Assembly: GCA_002269645.1 (NCBI GenBank)
Contig: NIVC01003820.1
Span: 11,155 to 75,154 of the forward strand
Origin: Macrostomum lignano
Lineage: Eukaryota
Length of the DNA: 64,000 nucleotides
Reading direction: 5' to 3'
Positions 57,318-64,000 of this stretch are shown one piece after another. Every line of letters begins with the position of its first letter. The stretch's first letter is position 1. The notes beneath the pieces were generated by a model. That model was not told the origin of the DNA and did no database searches. It saw nothing but the letters and a program-made list of their open reading frames with translations. The position numbers were made by a program, and so were the translations under genes.

Positions 57318-60300
57318 TCACCACTCGCCAGCAATGCGCAAAAGTTCGCCGGCATTGCCATCGGACAGGAATGCCAGTTCAGCCCGCCCAGCATCCGTGG
57401 CAGCTGCTTCGCTGGTTAGCCAGCCGGACTCCGTGTACCAGTTGAGCATATTGCTCATCTCGGCCGGTCCGTACGGCTCCACGTACACGGGCACGAATGG
57501 GTCCAGATAGGCGAAGCCTTCATCTCCCAGCAGCTTGCGCGGCATCCATTCGCGCAGTCTGTCAAACAGGGCGCCCTGCGGCGACACGGACATCACGGCG
57601 GCTCCGTTGTTCCAGTCCGAGTCCAGCAGCTGCTTGAATGCGTCCAGCAGGGTGAGCTGCTTGGCTGTGATGTCCGCCCGCCATGGCGGCTCCTCGCCTT
57701 GTCTGCAGGTGCGGGACGGTGGGAAATACATGCAGTTGCTACCTTTACCGCTCACCCGTAATACCCTCTCCGTCTCCACTCACCCATAATTCCCTCTCTG
57801 TTCACCCATAATACCCTCCGCTCACCCATTAATACCCTCTCCGCTCATCCATAACCCCTCCGCTCACCCATAATACCCTCCGCTCACCCATAATACCCTC
57901 CGCTCATCTATAATACCCTCCGCTCATCTATAATCCTCTCCGCTCACCCATATTACCCTCTCCGCTCACACCCTCTGTTCACCCATAATACCCTCTTCAC
58001 TCACCCATAATCCTCTCCGCTCATCCATAATCCTCTCCGCCCATCCATAATACCCTCCGCTTATCCATAATACCCTCTTCACTCACTCATAATCCCCTCC
58101 GCTCACCCATAATACCCTCTGCTCATCCATAATCCTCTCTGCTCATCTATAATCCCCTCCGCTCATACATAATCCCCTCCGCTCATACATAATCCTCTCC
58201 GCTCATCCATAATACCCTCCGCTGATCCATAATACCCTCCGCTCACCCATAATACCCTCCGCTTATCCATAATACCCTCCGCTCACCCATAATCTACTCT
58301 GCTCACCCACAAGACAGAGACTGCCAGGGCAGCTGTACACTCTACATGAGCGTGTGCATGCCTGCTCAGGGGTCAGGTTGACAACGCCCTCCAGAGAGCT
58401 AACTAACAGAATCTAGTTCAACCCAGGCAAACTTATAAGCAGCTCAACTCACAGCGGAGTCCGTCGAATAGCGTCATTCTTAATACCGGACCGGTGCCAC
58501 CAGAGGCAGTTGGCCACCTCGAAGCACACCAGAGTAGGCATAGGCACGCTGCCCAGCTTGATCTCGTCAATCAGAAACTGCACAGCCGCGCAGCTGTACC
58601 TTGGCCTGGCCAGAGCGTAGTCGATAACCTCCTTCCAGCTGGAGCCGGCAGGCGTGGACTCCTTAGCATTCCAGCTCAGCTCCTTGGTGACTCGAAGGCC
58701 GGGCAATATTTCCTGATTCATTGCGTAGAAATGACGCAACCAAATGCAGCCGTAGCCAGCCGTGTCGAACATGCCAGGCCTGTGGGCGCTCTCGTGCAGT
58801 TCGCGACTGTGGCGCATCCACAGGTGCGCATTGTGCACGGTGACTAGCAGCCAGCCCCGCCTGCGGCAAGCAGCGGCCACGTGACCCATCTTGAGTAGGG
58901 GGCAATTTTTAGAGAGCGGTGTTTAGTTTCCATGGTGATATTACTGAAGCGTGTGAGGGTTTCAGAGGACATTTTGTACTTTTATGTGGGACTTAAAAAT
59001 CTGAATCGTCGTCTAAGGAATTGATTATAAACAGCGATTGAAATGACAATTAAGTATCAAGGACTACCATTAAAGACTCATAAGAGATTGTCAAGGACTA
59101 CCATGAGGGACTCGTAGGTGATTGTCAAGGACTACCATGAGATTATCATTGGAGATTGCCAAGGACTACCATGATATTCTCATTGGAGATTGCCAAGGAC
59201 TACCATGATATTCTCATTGGAGATTGTCAAGGACTACTATGAGATCCTCATTGGAGATTGTCAAGGACTACCATGAGATCCTCATTGGAGATTGTCAAGG
59301 ACTACCATGAGATTCTCATTGGAGATTGTCAAGGACTACTATGAGATCCTCATTGGAGATTGTCAAGGACTACCATGAGATCCTCATTGGAGATTGTCAA
59401 GGACTACCATGAGATACTCATTGGAGATTGCCAAGGACTACCATGATATTCTCATTGGAGATTGCTAAGGACTACCATGAGAATCTCATTGGAGATTGTC
59501 AAGGACTACCATGAGATCCTCATTGGAGATTGCCAAGGACTACCATGAGGGACTCGTAGGTGATTGTCAAGGACTACCATGAGATTCTCATTGGAGATTG
59601 TCAAGGACTACCATGAGATACTCATTGGAGATTGCCAAGGACTACCATGATATTCTCATTGGAGATTGCTAAGGACTACCATGAGAATCTCATTGGAGAT
59701 TGTCAAGGACTACCATGAGATCCTCATCGGAGATTGCCAAGGACTACCATTAGAGACTCATAGGAGATTAGCAAGGACTACCATGAGGGACTCGTAGGTG
59801 ATTGTCAAGGACTACCATGAGATCCTTATTGGAGATTGTCAAGGACTACCATGAGATCCTCATTGGAGATTGTCAAGGACTACCATGAGATCCTCATTGG
59901 AGATTGTCAAGGACTACCATGAGATCCTCATTGGAGATTGTCAAGGACAATTAAGATAGCCAATGCGCTGAGTTTCCAGCTGCTCACCTGCAACGACTTG
60001 CCGCTGCCCCGTCGGCCGTAGAGCACAAACCGAAGGCAGGGCCGCCCGTCGCCAGCGTGCCCGGCCAGCCGCTCGCCAATCTCCAACGCCGGGCGTCGAA
60101 CCATCAGCGCTCGCTGGCCGAGCGTGTCGAACAGGCGCACCAGCTCGGGCCGGCAGAAATGCCTGGTGACGGCCTGCCAGTCGGCCTCCTCCGGTCTGTA
60201 CAACAGGCCAACGTGTCGATCTAGCGAGTGCCGTTCAGGCGCAGATTCGTCTGTCAGTAGCGCGGCGCTGGCGCCTCCGCGCCGATTGACGCACGCGCCA

Positions 60301-61658
60301 AAAGGCGAAAGCTGGCGCCGCCGAAGCAGCCAGTTAGCAATGGAGCGGACAGCAGCTGAAATGGGGAAACGGGATTGATCATGTGATACTGAACCGGTCT
60401 GGCGAAAATAGACTCATCTTATTAGTACATTGCTTGTCCACTAATTAGACTCGGGCGATGCTGATCTACCAAGATTAGACCTTAAGGGGATGAAGACCTA
60501 CCTGATTTAATCCCAAAGCTACCCAATCAGAATCCCCAACCTACCAATTAGAATCCCCAACCTACCCAATTAGAATGCCCAACCTACCCGATCAGAATCC
60601 CCAAGCTACCCGATTAGAATCCCCAACCTACCCAATTAGAATCCCCCAACCTACCCAATAAGAATACCAAAGCTACCCAATAAGAATCCCAAAGCTACCC
60701 AATAAGAATCCCAACCTACCCAATCAGAATCCCCAACTTACCCAATCAGAATCCCCAACCTACCCAATCAGAATCCCCAACCTACCCAATCAGAATCCCC
60801 TACCTACCCAATTAGAATCCCCAACCTACCCAATTAGAATCCCTTAACCTACCCAATTAGAATCCTTCAATCCACCCAATTAGAATCACAACCTACCCTA
60901 TTAGAATCCCCAACCTACCCAATTAGAATCCCCAACCTACCCAATTAGAATCCCTTAACCTACCCAATTAGAATCCTTCAATCCACCCAATTAGAATCAC
61001 AACCTACCCTATTAGAATCCCCAACCTACCCAATTAGAATTCTAAACCTACTCAATTAGAATCCCCAACCTACCCTATTAGAATCCCCAACCTACCCAAT
61101 CAGAATCCCCAACCTACCCAATCAGAATCCCCAACCTACCCAATCAGAATCCCCAACCTACCCAATCAGAATCCCCTACCTACCCAATCAGAATCCCCAA
61201 CCTACCCAATCAGAATCCCCAACCTACCCAATCAGAATCCCCAACCTACCCAATCAGAATCCCCAACCTACCCAATCAGAATCCCCTACCTACCCAATCA
61301 GAATCCCCAATCTACCCAATCAGAATCCCCCAACCTACCCAATCAGAATCCCCAACCTACCCAATTAGAATTCTAAACTTACTCAATTAGAATACCCTAC
61401 CTACCCTATTAGAATCTGCAAGCATAAAAGAGGCATAGAAAAGAATTATAATATGAACAATAAATAAACGCCAACTAAAATCCACGTTTATATAAAATTC
61501 CAAACTGCAGTTACAAACTCGAAATTTCTGTTGCGCCAAGTTAAAGCCAACAAAACAATTTAAACAAGTTTTTTATGCAGACCAGGGTAGCAAGTTGAAC
61601 TTAAACACAGCAAACTTCAGTCTGCTTGCACCAATTATTTACCTGCAGAATCCCACAT
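57318..61658 (-). CDS. DAP3: Mitochondrial ribosomal protein mS29 / death-associated protein 3, about 401 aa
   Basis: Exons 61658-61643 (inferred, ATG...GCAG|GTAAAT), 60355-59988, 58889-58453 and 57702-57318, phase-consistent. Arg-rich presequence, P-loop LYGRRGSGKS, HNAHLW, DWNNGA and LDPFVPV motifs. Confidence 0.9.
57770..58305. repeat. About 20-bp minisatellite GCTCACCCATAATACCCTCC
   Basis: Fills DAP3 intron 3. Confidence 0.93.
59060..59948. repeat. 34-bp minisatellite AAGGACTACCATGAGATCCTCATTGGAGATTGTC
   Basis: About 26 units in DAP3 intron 2. Confidence 0.95.
60510..61420. repeat. About 22-bp minisatellite AATCCCCAACCTACCCAATCAG
   Basis: About 40 units in the inferred DAP3 intron 1. 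Confidence 0.95.
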
Positions 61659-62169
61659 TGGAACTCTAAGGTCGGAAATTTACCAGGTATATTATTTTTA
61701 CAAACGCAAATATTTTTCATTAATTTCAGCAACTGTTTAACAATTCCCCCTTATCCAATAAAAAGTTACAAACAATAAAAATTGAACACAATCGGAACAA
61801 TTATATATAATAATTTATAAGAGTTAGTTAGGATGGACAGTAATGAAACAAAAATATAAATAAGCTTCTCAGCGAATGGCAAATGAAGGAGCTACTAGCA
61901 TTGGCTAGAATGTCTCAATAGTAGCATGCGAGTAGCATTTAGCACAAAAAACGCTACAATACTTTGTACAATTTTTAATCAAATTCTCACTGACTTAACT
62001 TGTGCGCGAGAACAGGCAAGGTTGTATAATGCGAAATTATTCTTGCAGCGATATACAACAGTTGAACACTTAATGGACGCCAGAAAGTAATTTAAACTAT
62101 GCTTATTGAGCTACTCATCCCATAGCGATCCCATAGCGATATATATATATTAGGATTACTACAATAATA

Positions 62170-63295
62170 GTTGATGCTATGGGATCAGGATTGATGCTTT
62201 GGGATCAGGATTGATGCTTTGGGATCAGGATTGATGCTTTGGGATCAGGATTGATGCTTTGGGATCAGGATCGATGCTATGGGATCAGGATTGATGCTTT
62301 GGATCAGGATCGATGCTATGGGATCAGGATTGATGCTTTGGGATCAGGATCGATGCTATGGATCAGGATTGATGCTTTGGGATCAGGATCGATGCTATGG
62401 GATCAGGATTGATGCTTTGGGATCAGGATTGATGCTATGGGATTAGGATTGATGCTATGGGATCAGGATCGATGCTATGGATCAGGATTAATGCTATGGG
62501 ATCAGGATTAATGCTATAGGATAAGCATTGATGCTATGGGATCAGGATTAATGCTATGGGATCAGGATTAATGCTATAGGATAAGCATTGATGCTATGGG
62601 ATCAGGATTAATGCTATGGGATCAGGATTAATGCTATGGGATCAGGATTGATGCTATGGATCAGGATTAATGCTATGGGATCAGGACTTATGCTATGGGA
62701 TCAGGATTAATGCTATGGGATCAGGATTGATGCTATGGGATCAGGATTAATGCTATGGGATCAGGACTGATGCTATGGGATCAGGATTAATGCTATGGGA
62801 TCAGGATTGATGCTATGGGATCAGATCGATGCCATGGGATCAGGATTGATGCTATGGGATCAGGATTAATGCTATGGGATCAGGATTGATGCTATGGGAT
62901 CAGGATTGATGCTATGGGATTAGGATTGATGCTATGGGATCAGGATCGATGCTATGGATTAGGATTGATGCTATGGGATCAGATCGATGCCATGGGATCA
63001 GGATTGATGCTATGGGATCAGGATTAATGCTATGGGATCAGGATTGATGCTATGGGATCAGGATCGATGCCATGGGATTAGGATTGATGCTATGGGATCA
63101 GGATCGATGCTATGGATCAGGATTGATGCTATGGGATCAGAATTTATTCTTCTTTGGATCAGCATTGATTCTGTGGGAACAGCATTGATTCTGTGAGATC
63201 AGTATTGATTCTGTGGGATCAGTATTGATTCTGTGGGATCAGTATTGATTCTGTGGGATCAAGATTGATGGTATGGGATCAGAATTGAGTGAGTC
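62170..63295. repeat. 20-bp minisatellite GATGCTATGGGATCAGGATT and diverged derivatives
   Basis: About 55 units. Confidence 0.95.
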
Positions 63296-63317
63296 TATTG
63301 GATCCAGATTTAATTAC

Positions 63318-63677
63318 TTAAACAGTATGTACGCTAAATGAATCCCATATAATTAAAAGTACGTGTTGCACCAGCATTCGAAAACTTGGGAAAACTGTTT
63401 CAGGATCTTCTAGTTTTCGAGTTTTGTTGTCGTCGAAGAGGGCGGCGGATTCGTTGCCGGGGCACCGTAGCCCGCAACGCCGAAGAAAGCTGCCGTCGTC
63501 GGCTGCAGCAGACGATTCAGCTGCTGCTTTGGCCTGATTTTGCTGCTGCTGCTGTTTCTGTTGCTGTTGCAGCTGTTGCAGACTCTGCTGTTGCATCATC
63601 TGGCGTTGTAGATTTCGTTGCACATCGCCCAGACTGTTGGCTACAAGACGAACAATGCCGCCTAGTAGGGAGCTGAC
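63318..63677 (-). CDS. Exon of an unidentified Gln-rich protein whose upstream exons lie beyond the window end
   Basis: Acceptor GCCGCAG| at 63677, then open frame VSSLLGGIVRLVANSLGDVQRNLQRQMMQQQ...; ends at the stop at 63318 or at a weak donor near 63363. Confidence 0.5.
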   Translation of the reverse strand, partial: VSSLLGGIVRLVANSLGDVQRNLQRQMMQQQSLQQLQQQQKQQQQQNQAKAAAESSAAADDGSFLRRCGLRCPGNESAALFDDNKTRKLEDPETVFPSFRMLVQHVLLIIWDSFSVHTV

Positions 63678-63764
63678 CTGCGGCTTTACAACAGCAACCT
63701 GCGCAGTGGATGGTCAATGCGCTGCAATTTTAACTACCGATATGTTGAAACTCAAGTGATCAAA

Positions 63765-64000
63765 GGCGATTCCTAATGATCAATAGCGATTCCTAAATGA
63801 TCAAGAGCGATTTCTAATGATTCAATGGCGATTATAATGATCAATAGCGAATTCCTAATGATCAATGGCGATTCCTAATGATCAGAAGCGATTCTCTAAT
63901 GATCAATGGCGATTACTAATGATCAATCGGCGATTCCTAATGATCAATAGCGATTCCTAATGATCAATGACGCATTCCTAATGATCAATAGCGATTTCAA
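63765..64000. repeat. 20-bp minisatellite AATGATCAATAGCGATTCCT
   Basis: Degenerate units running to the window end. Confidence 0.9.

Overview
Eukaryotic (animal) genomic DNA with GT-AG introns; no prokaryotic features, CRISPR arrays or recognisable RNA genes. Short GC-rich exons sit between large micro- and minisatellite arrays, a style that resembles the flatworm Macrostomum (inference only). Most long ORFs in the supplied track are repeat artefacts. Genes reconstructed by hand from splice sites and reading-frame phase: the 5' part of an ionotropic glutamate receptor (-, six exons, 440 codons, runs off the window start), a claudin-like four-TM protein (-), a candidate 72-aa neuropeptide precursor (+), an intronless four-TM orphan (+), a 641-aa protein with a duplicated unrecognised domain around a phospho-motif repeat linker (+), a candidate prohormone (-), a TRAF4-like gene (+), SLC17A9 (+) and DAP3/MRPS29 (-). 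Mobile elements: a 1.9-kb Ty3/Gypsy element that keeps gag, protease and a -1 frameshift cassette but has lost RT, RNase H and the integrase core, inserted in an (ATCT)n tract; a decayed mariner; and a LINE RNase H relic. The most interesting leads are the two peptide-precursor candidates, the duplicated-domain protein, a splice acceptor embedded in a minisatellite, and the deleted Gypsy element.
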